IMG/VR virus record: IMGVR_UViG_3300036985_003137
Location: 1-60,725 of that record
DNA length: 60,725 nucleotides
Origin: a virus
Lineage: Duplodnaviria > Caudoviricetes
Strand: one strand, 5' to 3'
Part shown: piece after piece, positions 1-11,100 of the stretch
Numbering within the stretch: the stretch's first letter is position 1
Layout: every line of letters starts with the position of its first letter
Notes under the pieces: model-generated
What the model was told of the DNA's origin: nothing
The model's input: the letters and a program-made list of their open reading frames with translations, nothing else
Database searches by the model: none
Made by a program: the position numbers and the translations under genes

Positions 1-2
1 AA

Positions 3-113
3 ACTGTTAATGAGCGATTACGTAGTCCTCTTGGATTATTTAGTGTTCCTGAAACATTTACCGACAACAACATGCAACTGATCTTAGATAGATTAGCTGC
101 TTACTATTCTTAA
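3..113 (+). CDS. 3' end of Sak4-like AAA ATPase (N4 gp44-like), partial
   Basis: Frame 3 reads TVNERLRSPLGLFSVPETFTDNNMQLILDRLAAYYS*, like the C-terminus of N4-like gp44; directly upstream of SSB. Confidence 0.7.
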   Translation, partial: TVNERLRSPLGLFSVPETFTDNNMQLILDRLAAYYS

Positions 114-141
114 TTTTCACAACAACAAAGAGAAAAACAAC

Positions 142-861
142 ATGTCATTATTAGCAAATTTAACTACCGACGATTCAATTGAAGATGAAAGAGATTCCGT
201 TGGTGGTGGTGGTGTATTAGAGTCAGGGATTTACAATGCAACTGTAACCCTTGCATATTTATCTACAGCAGCATCTGGTGCTACAGGCTTAGTTCTTCAA
301 TTTAAAACTGAAGATGATAGAGTTATCCGTAGTACTCAGTGGGTTGTATCTGGTACAGCTAAAGGATGTAAAAACTATTATGAACGTGATGGCAAGAAGA
401 ATTACTTACCTGGCTTCTTAATTGCTAATTCATTAGCTAAACTTACAACAGGTAAAGAGATTTCTGAATTAGATACAGATGAGAAAGTCATTAATGTATA
501 TAACCCAGAAGCAAAAGCTGAAGTACCTACGAAAGTTCCTATGATTACTGAATTATTAGGTAAAGAAATTACCATTGGTTTGATTAAACAAATCTCAGAT
601 AAAAGTGCTAAAGGTGATGATGGTCAATACCATCCAACTGGTGAAACCAGAGAAGAAAATGAGATTGATAAGTTCTTCAATGCTGAGTCTAAATTAACCA
701 CAACTGAAATTAAAGCAGGTGTTTCAGCTCCTACATTTATCACTACATGGGATCAAAAATGGTCTGGTGTTACTCGTGATCGTAGTACAAAAACAGGTGG
801 TACTGCTGGCGCTCCTAAAGGTGCAGTATCTAAAAAACCTGCATCTAGTTTATTTGCTTAA
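142..861 (+). CDS. single-stranded DNA-binding protein (N4 gp45-like)
   Basis: K-N-YY...K-YLPGF, ETREENEIDKFF and C-terminal KKPASSLFA tail; synteny ATPase-SSB-RuvC-vRNAP. Confidence 0.85.
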   Translation: MSLLANLTTDDSIEDERDSVGGGGVLESGIYNATVTLAYLSTAASGATGLVLQFKTEDDRVIRSTQWVVSGTAKGCKNYYERDGKKNYLPGFLIANSLAKLTTGKEISELDTDEKVINVYNPEAKAEVPTKVPMITELLGKEITIGLIKQISDKSAKGDDGQYHPTGETREENEIDKFFNAESKLTTTEIKAGVSAPTFITTWDQKWSGVTRDRSTKTGGTAGAPKGAVSKKPASSLFA

Positions 862-870
862 GGAATAATT

Positions 871-1158
871 ATGTCAGAAATTGAAGAAAAGGTTGATGTT
901 GTAGAATCCCCTACCTCATTTGCAATTGAATCTATTGATCAGATGTATAGTCTATTCCATCAGTGGCATGCAGAGAAATGTGGAGTATTAAACCATATGC
1001 TTAACATACCTGAAGGTACAGTTATTGAAGACTCAGCTGGTATTAAGCATGAGCTGTCTAATGAATACCTAGCCGGATTTAAATCAGGTGTAGAGGTGGC
1101 ATTAATCGAACTTACAGAGATGCCATTTACTATTACACCTAGTGTCGAGCCTACTTAA
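871..1158 (+). CDS. conserved hypothetical N4-like phage protein
   Basis: AAGGA RBS; 95 aa with GFKSGVEVAL...MPF pattern; between SSB and resolvase. Confidence 0.7.
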   Translation: MSEIEEKVDVVESPTSFAIESIDQMYSLFHQWHAEKCGVLNHMLNIPEGTVIEDSAGIKHELSNEYLAGFKSGVEVALIELTEMPFTITPSVEPT

Positions 1159-1702
1159 GGTTATTGGACTTGATCCCTCCCTAAGAAATTGGGGAGTGGT
1201 TGTTGCTACACTAGATCAAGCCAGTAATGTCTTAACTGTTCAATCTGTTTCTGTTATCCAACCTGACCTATCTAGCTTAAGTACTAAAAAGCAAAACCTT
1301 TTAGACTTAGCTTCATCTATCTGGCTTTATTCTAATGTCCTTAGTCTCATTAAAGATGCTGACATTATCTGTGCTGAAATTCCTCAAGGGAGTCAATCAG
1401 CCAGAGCTTCAATGGCATCTGGAATATGCCTAGGGGTACTAGGAAGCCTTGCTAATCAAGTTGATTTACCCTTTATTACGGTATCACCTCACGAGGTTAA
1501 ATTAGCCGGATATGGGTCAAGATTGGCTACTAAGAAACAAATGATTGAATGGGCTGTAGCAAAACATCCTGAAGCCATATGGCCTATGTATAAATCCAAC
1601 GGTCAGATGGTAATTAATGAAGGCAAGGCAGAACACATGTGTGATGCTTTAGCTGCAATATACGCAGGAATGAATCATCCTGCTTTTATCACCCAATTAT
1701 GA
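1142..1702 (+). CDS. ruvC: RuvC-like Holliday junction resolvase
   Basis: VIGLDPSLRNWG, AEIPQGSQ and EHMCDALAA acidic catalytic motifs. Confidence 0.85.
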   Translation: MSSLLKVIGLDPSLRNWGVVVATLDQASNVLTVQSVSVIQPDLSSLSTKKQNLLDLASSIWLYSNVLSLIKDADIICAEIPQGSQSARASMASGICLGVLGSLANQVDLPFITVSPHEVKLAGYGSRLATKKQMIEWAVAKHPEAIWPMYKSNGQMVINEGKAEHMCDALAAIYAGMNHPAFITQL

Positions 1703-1711
1703 GAAATTATT

Positions 1712-1981
1712 ATGAGAATCCAATTATCTTCCGCTGAAATTTTAAAAGCTGTACACCAATATGTTGGTACATTAGGTATTAACCTTTCCAATAAAGCTGT
1801 CAATATTGATTTTGTTCAAAGACAGAAATTAGGGTTAACTGCTGATGTCACTATTATAGATGAATCTGATTCAACTAGAATTATTGCAGGTGGTACTTTA
1901 GAAATTACTGATGTATTACCTACGGCTCCTAATGCTCCGATTAATGACTTAACTGATGATACTCAAAGTATCTTTAGCTAA
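1712..1981 (+). CDS. hypothetical protein
   Basis: 89-aa ORF in operon, typical N4-like MRIQL...I..A...Y start. Confidence 0.7.
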   Translation: MRIQLSSAEILKAVHQYVGTLGINLSNKAVNIDFVQRQKLGLTADVTIIDESDSTRIIAGGTLEITDVLPTAPNAPINDLTDDTQSIFS

Positions 1982-2157
1982 TGAGTACCATTAAGGGATT
2001 CTTATATTTCCTTTTAGCCTGCATTGTTGGAGGCATTGGAATATCTATTATGACTGCGGGAGCATTAATAGGGATTCCTTTGTTGTTTAGTTTAGGAATT
2101 TTTGGTGTATTCATGTTCATAAAAGAAGCCAGAGATCAAGATTCAACAGACCTATAA
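1981..2157 (+). CDS. small two-TM membrane protein (58 aa, not in ORF track)
   Basis: TAATG overlap with upstream stop; MSTIKGFLYFLLACIVGGIGISIMTAGALIGIPLLFSLGIFGVFMFIKEARDQDSTDL. Confidence 0.7.
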   Translation: MSTIKGFLYFLLACIVGGIGISIMTAGALIGIPLLFSLGIFGVFMFIKEARDQDSTDL

Positions 2158-2163
2158 CAAATT

Positions 2164-2190
2164 AGCCCCCTTAATTGGGGGCTTTTTTTA
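2164..2190 (+). terminator. intrinsic terminator at convergent junction
   Basis: AGCCCCC-TTAATT-GGGGGCT followed by T-tract. Confidence 0.85.
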
Positions 2191-2191
2191 T

Positions 2192-5100
2192 CTAAACTAA
2201 TAAGCCAATAGTCATCCGTTTATATAACGAATCCCAATATCCAAATACCCCATCCCTTAGTGGATTATACCCAGCATGGTGTATTAATGAACTATCTGTA
2301 ATCACAGGACCTAGATGGACTAGTTGATTAAATAACAGCATCGTCATTACTCTACCAGGTTGTTCTTTAGAAATTCTAACTAACTCTTTCTGAATATATA
2401 AGAAATATTTAGTAAAGAGTGTAAATCCCATATCATCAGAATACTGCAGAGTGCGTTGCATAGGCGTAGAGTATTGAACGAATGCACTATTTGCTCTAGC
2501 TACGGCATCAATGTGTACCATTGGATTAGTTTTATTCATTTGGTGTTGATACATCGCATATCTAGCTACAAAATCTGATAACTGAGTAATATGTGCTAGT
2601 GCTTTATATGCACCAGATTCTCTAGTCATTAACACTGCTTTAAGGGCTGTTAGAGCTGAGGCAGGAATACCTTCACTCATGATATCAAACTGTTTTTCAA
2701 GCTGTGTTCTAAAGCCAAATTCAGCATCTGCATCAAGATCTTCTACAATTGTAGGTAGTAAACCCGCTTCAATTAAAGGAGTCACAGGATTTCTTTTGAT
2801 AGCGTCTTGCAGCTGTATAATTTGTCGCTCATCCTCTTTAGTTGCACGCCCTAACTCTTTCTTCAGTAGTAAAGCATCAAGGTGTTTCTTATCATTAAGA
2901 TACTGTGTTGCCCCTTTAAAGGCCACTGAGAAGTAATGTGCCATATTCTTTAATGGAATACCTTCTAGCATTAACCTAGATACGTTACTAAAAATATTAC
3001 CAAGTAAAACTGTACCACTAACAACAACAATTTTATCCTTCATATCAGACACAATTTCTTGCCATCCAGCTTCTGCTCTTGTTACAAACATAGCAGCACG
3101 TTTAGCATACCGTTTAGCTTCTGCTGGAGATTTACCTCGTGCTTTAGCGGACATCTCTAAGGACTCTTCAACAAAGGATATAACCAGCTTCTGAATAATA
3201 TTAATAGACTTTAGGTCCATTATATTGTCAGACTGACCTGCTTCAAGGCGATGAGCTCTTTCATTATTAGCTCTTTCAAATGGTGCTGCCATAGATACTT
3301 TACGATACCCAAATACCATATCCAATGTTTGATTGTTAACCATAATATGTTCGTTACCAAATATGTCTAATGCAGCTGCTTTAGTTTTTTCAGGTAGTCG
3401 ATACCAAATTGATCTCAGTTCTGCATCTTCAGATTTAGGACCTACTTCTACCATCTTCTGTCTATCAACAGCATTACTAGCAGTGAAATTATCAAACAAT
3501 GCTTTCATAGCTTCTTTATTGTGTTCTTCAGTACTTTGCTTTCCTAAGAGCGAACCAGCTAATGTACCTAGCACAGCATCAAAGCTATTACGTCTTTCTA
3601 ATACTGAGTTCTTCATATTCTCACTCATTAGATATACCCAGTTAGTTATGACACCTTCTGAGTTATATTCAGGAGCCATATATGCTTCAGCTATATTAGG
3701 ATTAAAAGCTATGGCATATGTTGCTGCTTTCATACTACTACGTTTCGATTTGATGTGTGCTCTTGCTTCAGCTTCTTTCAGGCCTTCTGGGGTATTGAGA
3801 TTTTGTTCCCCTGTTGTAACCCTAACTTCAGTAGACGAATTGCTGCCCATCTGCATAACCCCACCTACTTGTGAAGGTGGTTTCATATCACGCTGGACAT
3901 AATAGTGTCTTGGAGACTGATCAGCATCATCTGGATCCCGTTGTAGTTCACCTACTTGCTCATACCCAAGCTCCCTTAATCGCTTTCCTTCTTTATCATC
4001 CCCAACACGGATTTTAGTGAAGGGATTATACTTTTCATGGATGTTACCAAATGGTGCTTTAGAAGGATCACTGTCATAGATATTTGTTAACTCAATATGT
4101 GCTAAATGAGCGTGCATAAGTAACGCATACTCCATACCATTGACCTCTTCTTTAGGTCTTGCAGCTTCAATCTTCATTACCTCACTAACAGCAGCCCTAT
4201 CTACTTCAGGCGTATGTCTTAATGTAAAGAGTGTTGCTAACTTTGAAACCATAGGCTCAATTTCATCTATCTTGGTTTGAGTAAGTTTATTATTAGCTTC
4301 CCCAAAACTGTGAATGATCTGATACACATTACGTTTCAGAACTTTAACCTTAACTTCACCTGTAGCACTGTAGTACCCAAGACCTTCTGCATTAGTAAGC
4401 ATTTGATTATAGGTAGCATCACTAGATGTCAGAGCATTCTTTAGTTCTAGGGACTGAGCTGTAATGTGCTCTTCTAACTTAGTTGGATCAGCTAGTAGGT
4501 TTTGCATTTCTTGAAGTGAATATCCTTTAAGGAGTGCACTCATGTTGGATTTTAATACAACAGCAGTAATAGCATTCTTCACAGCAGGAGTAAGATTCTT
4601 ACCCTTGTTAACGAAGGTTTCCAAGACATTTTTGGTTGTACTATCAATCATAGTTTTACGGTCTTTATCTAAGAGATCTCGACCTAAACGTAACAGCTCT
4701 ACCCATTGATCATATCCTTTTACGTTATTGATTAAACCAGCAACGACACCTAACTTACTTCCTTTTTTAGGGTCATTAAGGAGTGTTAACATCATAGATA
4801 GAAATTCTTGCTGTTTGTGTGAAACGTGTTTCTTCACTAACCCTGCAATAGCTCGAACCAGTACAAATCTATTATGCTGAACGAAGTGTGAATCTAAACC
4901 AGTAATAACACTCTTACCTGCAGCGTTAGCTAACTTATCTAACTTGGACTCTACGTCACGTATTGGAGATGCCTCAGCTTCTCGTTGTAACTCAAGGACA
5001 GCTTGATAGGATAATTCAGTATCAACTAATTTACTGATTAACGTATCAAGTCGGTGATTACTAAGAGATGACTCATGTGTGCTAGTCCATCCATGTATTG

Positions 5101-8100
5101 CATCTAAGATCTTCTCAAAGATTGATTGTAGTTTCTTTGCCCATGACTGTTTACCTTTACTGGTTTTGTTTACGACGTGTTTATCCAATAACGCATGAAA
5201 GCCAGGATTAGTTAATCCAACTGCAGCAAACCTTGCTAAGTAATCTGATTTACCTTCTGCATTTAACGTAACTTTAAAGATTGAGTCATAAAGGTGTTCT
5301 GCTTCTTTGGTTGATGTAGTACCAAAGTCACTACCGTAGAATTCATTAGGTGTGAGGGTAGTTCTAACTGATTCATACAAGGCTCTTAGGTCTCTGTATG
5401 CTTGGAAGGTATGTAGCTCATTTCCTTTACCAAACGCAGCAATAGTGGCATATACCTGTTCCATGACAAAGGCTTGTTTACTATCTGTAACTAAACCAGA
5501 TTTAACTAATTCTTTGCTAAGTGGTGTGAGATTTTCCGAAGCATTTCTTTTCCACACTCCAGCAGCATCAAGTTTCTTAGATTTAATAGCCGATTTAATA
5601 ACACCAAAGGGTCCATGGAGCTTAGTAACTACAGAGTTAAGTAAAGATTTAAGGTGTGTTTCAAATGCTGCATCTGTTGTATTACTTGATAAGGCATCAA
5701 AGGTCTCTGTGGTCGAAAAGTTGGTCGTAGCATTAGCTTTCATAGGGAGATTTAGGTTAGCCTGGTATACCTCTTTAGTTTCCTTAGCTACATCAATTAA
5801 ATCAGATATATCATCTATGAAGGTACGTAATCCTGTTGCGTCTTTATCGGTTAGACCTAGAAGATGTTTAACAGCATTTGTAAATTGTTCCCATCTTTTA
5901 CTTATTACACCTTTAATTTTATTGAGCACATTTTTTTGAAAGTCGGTATCTGTTAAACCATGTGCAACAAATTCTTGTAACATAGCGAACTTAGCTTCCT
6001 TTGAGGTAACTGCATTCGGTTGGGCTAGAAAGTCACCGTACTGCTCTACTAAACCTGGATTAGCTTCTTCAATTGAAGTCCTTAGACGCTCCAAACTGTT
6101 AATAGCATTTCTGGCTTTGATGTTTAAACTGTCACTACCGAGTGTTATACCTTGTTGGCTCTTATCAATTGTGTTTGCTATGGAAGCATGTATTAACTCA
6201 TGTAGTAAGACAGCTGCTATAGAATCAGTTTGCCCCATCTTTGGTGTCATGATGATAATACGTTGACCATCCTCGTCTGAAATGAATCTGCCTAAATCGT
6301 CTTTATATGTGTGTGCCTCACCATCTACTTCTGGATCCAGGTAATAAATCTCCAGATTATCAGGTAATAAGGGGACGATTTGCTCAAGTAATTTTAGTTT
6401 ATATGCCTCTTCCTTTTCTACACTTAATGCTGCTTTTAACTCTTCGTGTATCTCCCCAAATGTTGTGGCTTTTTGTAGTGTATCTATTAAAGTAGACGGA
6501 GTTATGGACATACCTAACTTGTGTGTAGCCTTGTTTAATGCTGCCATATCTTTAGGCTTATTAATTTCTGAAAGTTTCTTTTCGATACTTTCGCGATATT
6601 CATCTGTTACTAGGGCTTCTGCACCATTACGAGAATACTGATTTGCACTACCTGTTGCGTTAAGTGCCTCAAGTTTAACTCTATCTACACTAATAGCCTG
6701 AGCTTGGAGATCTCTATGCATGTCGGCAAGATTAGTCCAACCAAGTTTTTTTGATTCTGTAGCCACCATGTCATTTATAGAGTCTAGCTCTTCTGTAGTT
6801 AAGTCTTGTTTACTTAACCATACTATTTGTCTTTCAATAGTATCTGCTAGTGCTTGAGTAGGTGAGTAACTTATCATCAGTTCAAGGAAGGCCTCATTAA
6901 GATATTTAGTCATAATAGGCAAACCATCTATACCACCAACAGCAGCATCGAATAGATTGAGTGTAACTACTCCATCTTTTCTTGCCTTTTCACGGGCTAA
7001 GTACATTACAGCACTATCAAAAGAATGAGTCATTCTTGAGATTGTTGCAACAGCCATAGGACCAAATCTTCGAACCATTGCTGCATATAGTTTAGATTGG
7101 ATCTTATCCGCTCCTGTGATTACATTGATGTCATGATTACGATTATCATCTGGTATATTGGTGTCTTCCATCAATAACATGCCAGTATATATATTATCAG
7201 GATCAGATGAAGCTGTGGGCAGCATAGGTAATCCACCCTCTAGGATCATACCGTCTAATATTTTATCCATCTCTTCGTTAGATAAGCCTTCTAGGGCACG
7301 TCGAGTATCGCTTATATTATTTGGATCAAGAGTACCTGAAAATTCCATAGTGACTCCCTTTGTCTGATCCTTTACAAACTCAAGAGTTCCTTTACTTATG
7401 GATGCAGCAACCCGTTTTTCATACTGGTTAGCAGCAATTGTGCCCATAATACGTACAGCAGTATTGATCTTTTTTGTGTGTTCTAAAAAGTGTTCAAAGG
7501 TTACTTTCATAGAGTCAGTAATACTTTTACCTATGGTTATTTCATATGTAGCTCTAATTGCTGTCTCTAGCCCATGATTAAAGATAGGACTAGGATCTTG
7601 GATAATATTTTCCCCTTTCTGTATATACCCCATTAATTTTAGTGCGGATGTATTTGCAGGAATCGGTGTGTATGTACCTGAATGTTGAGGATGTAGTGCT
7701 GCAATAGTATTTAAAGCAGTAATAATACTTGCTCTGGTTTCTGCATTCTCTAATTCTCGTGATGCATACGCTTTAGAAATTACATCCTTAATTGTGATTA
7801 TGAAATCTGAACTAGTTTTAACTAATGCTGTATTGATACCTGCCCCAAAGAAAAACATTAATATAGGTTCTTTTACTACTTCTCTTAATGAATCTGAGGG
7901 GTCATTAGTATTTTCCTTTTTCATTTTTCCAATAAAGTGTTCTATTGCTCGTAGAGTTATTAGAACTTGCTTACCCAACACATGCTGAGTTTTATACTTA
8001 GTGATTTTTAGTTTTATTCCTTTGGTGGCGGCTGCTGTTAAACGTACTACTGCTTGCATAGCAGTATTCATATAAAGATCTTTACCGCCTTTACTTTTAT

Positions 8101-11100
8101 AGTCATCAAAGTGGGTTAATGCATCTTCAAGTGTATAAATACCAAATTGTTTATTAAATTCAATAGATTCTTCTACTGTTAGGTGTGCTCCTAATAGGTT
8201 TGTCGCAATAGCAGCACCATTAGTTTTACCATCTGATTCTGATGTAATGGTAGTAGTAAAAGAATCATCACCATTATTTTGGGCAAACTGTCTTTGAGCT
8301 AATGCCATTAAACCAGCAAACGCATGTGTATCTGTTTTAGCTTCTTGAACAGTAGCTACTACTATTGATTGATCTTCTTCTGTTAGCGTTCCGTTATCGC
8401 CTTGTTCTAATAACCTAACTAATGCATCAATAGCAGGCTGATATTTAGAGTATTTATTATCCAAATCTTCATTTAATTGAGCTGCAGTTTTAAGGTCTAA
8501 TGATTCAGCAACAAATTGCTCAAATACATCCATCTTTAAAGTATCAGATCCATCAAGCTTAATTGTTGTTTCCCAAGATTTATGGGACATGAGCCATCTT
8601 ATAACTTTACTAGACTGAGGATTAAAGACTTGACCTACAATCCCAGTACGTTGTTGTACGTACATTTCAGTTGAAAAGAATACTGCAATATCTTCAAGAC
8701 TGGGGTACCCTGCCATGAATCCTTTTAATTTATTTATGCTATCAAGTATGCCTTTTTGAGATGCTTCTACTCCAGGCATAAGATCAGCATGTACTAGTGG
8801 ATGTGTTCCACTAGGTGAGTATAAAGCAACATTTCCTGCTATGAGCTCTTGGTTCGTATCACTAAACCCCATGAAGGCACGTGATGTAGTAGCTGCAACG
8901 CCATAAGCTACTTTGTTTTCTGCTGCTATGTCATCACGAATTCTGCTAGGTACAATATGGTTATTGTCCTGTACATAATTAAAAGCTTCTGTACGTATAA
9001 TTTCAGCCTCTTTTTCATTGTCAAAAAGCTTAGATATAAATTGTTTAGAGGTCCTATTATAGATGATTAGTTCAGATACCTTATCAGATAACCTGGTTTT
9101 ACCATTTACTGGAGCCCCTTGTGCTAATTTAATAAAGGAGTGCGGTTTCTTCTGATCAGCTGTCTTTTGAGCTGGTGGTAAATCCTTATAGTATTTTGAG
9201 TCCTGAGCCAGTTGAATGTCCATCTCGGATATTTCAAAAGATTCCAAGTACTTATCTTTTATAAGAGCAGCAATAACTCTTCCACCAATAGACGTAGCTA
9301 GTTCGGGTGAAATATTATCAGGTGTTGCACTATTCTCTTTAATTGCTAACAATTTGAGTACGGTTTGTCCGATCTCATTTGCGGCTGCATTCTGTGTTGA
9401 CGTGGCCTCAGGAAATAACCTCAATAGTGCGACAGGTGTATTTTTTTCTTTCCGACCTACTAGAGCATTAGCCATATCTCCTGTAGGGATCCTACCTTCT
9501 AAAGACACAATATAGCTGTATGCACTAGCAGCAAATGCAGAAGCTAAGTTATCATCTATACTTAAAGTACCATCCTCTTCTACATTAATAAGGTCACTAG
9601 ATCTGTCTCTTCTTTCATTTGTTGGGGTTGATTTTATATTAACAATATTACCACCTTTGGCCGTGAAACCCTGTGCACTGAAACCAGCTAATATAGTATT
9701 ACTTAGGTCAGTTTTTAAGTCTCTAAAGTGCTTAAAGGCATCATTCTGTTCTTTTGTTACATCTTGACCTTTATTCAATTTAATAAGGGCAGCTATAGAC
9801 TTAATTGAGGATATAACATCTCGTGTTTTAGTTAATACAGTACTACCTAATTTTTGTATTAGGGTTTCTGACGTACGGTCTTGTATGCGTTTATCAGCTT
9901 TAGCTTCATCAGTTTGGTTATACTCACGGCCTGCAATAAGGCTTGATAATTCAGATGATTTGGCAGGGAATTCTGCTATCTCAGCTTCATGTTTAATCTT
10001 TAAGGCAGCAAGAGCTTTTTCATATTTCTCAATGTCTTGCTCTGTTCTATCGTTTTCATCACCTAAGTCCCGAATCTCTTCAGCGTGTCTTTGATATAGT
10101 GCTTCTTCTAACTTATCGACTTCATTAGGGACTCTTGTAGTAACTACTGCTTCTGGGTTATTGGTTACTGCTTTTTCCTCAGCTATCATCTTATTTAATG
10201 CATCTGGATCTGGGGTAGTATTATCTTCCTCAAATGTAGTGTCTTCTTCTGTACTAATATTACCTGGATCTTGGGTATTGGTAGTTGTACCTGTAGTGCT
10301 ACTGTTTGTCTTTCCAGGTGCGGTCCAGAGTGAGTATTTAATACCTTCTATGGTTTCCTGGGGTGTTTCGGTATAGCTTTTAGATTCTAATAAGGCTGCA
10401 GCTCGTTTTTCACCTGCCTGTGGATCTGTTGTTTCGTTGTGAGCATCTTTATCTCTTTGGTCTTTATCAAAGGTCATAAAGCTTGCCCCTTTCTCAATAC
10501 CAGCATTAACACTTTTTGTTATATTTTTGTGGTCAAATTCCTTATTCACATTGAGAAATATCACATCATCTTTGGAATAAACTGTTGAGTTTACAATATC
10601 TAAGGAACTCTTCGTTGCATGATCTCGCCACTGTTTAGTAATGAATGCAGATATTGATTTTTTACCTTTCGCCTCTTCCCCAATAATATGTGTTGCTATA
10701 TTAGATAAGGCTATATTTGTCTTATTCTTAGCATTAGCTGGGAGTGTTACCGTAATTTCCTTACCTACAGGTGTTTTAGCTGTGTTATTAATAGATTCAG
10801 TAGCACCTCCTTCTGTACCTACACTATCTGTTGATTTAACTACTGGTGGGTTACTAGTAGTAGCTTTTGTATTAGTAGTAGTAGTAGTAGTAGTAGTAGG
10901 TGGCACTATTGGTGGAGGGGCACTTGTAGTAGGGGCAGCAGTCTTACCTGTAACATGGCCTAACATTGATTTTAGATCATGTACTTCTTGTTGTATTCTT
11001 CCATAAGGACTGATGCCTGTTGCTAAGGTTTTTTGAAAGGTGTCATCTCCGACAGTATAATTACCTGGAACAGCTTGAGCTTCTATACCATCAATTAGGT

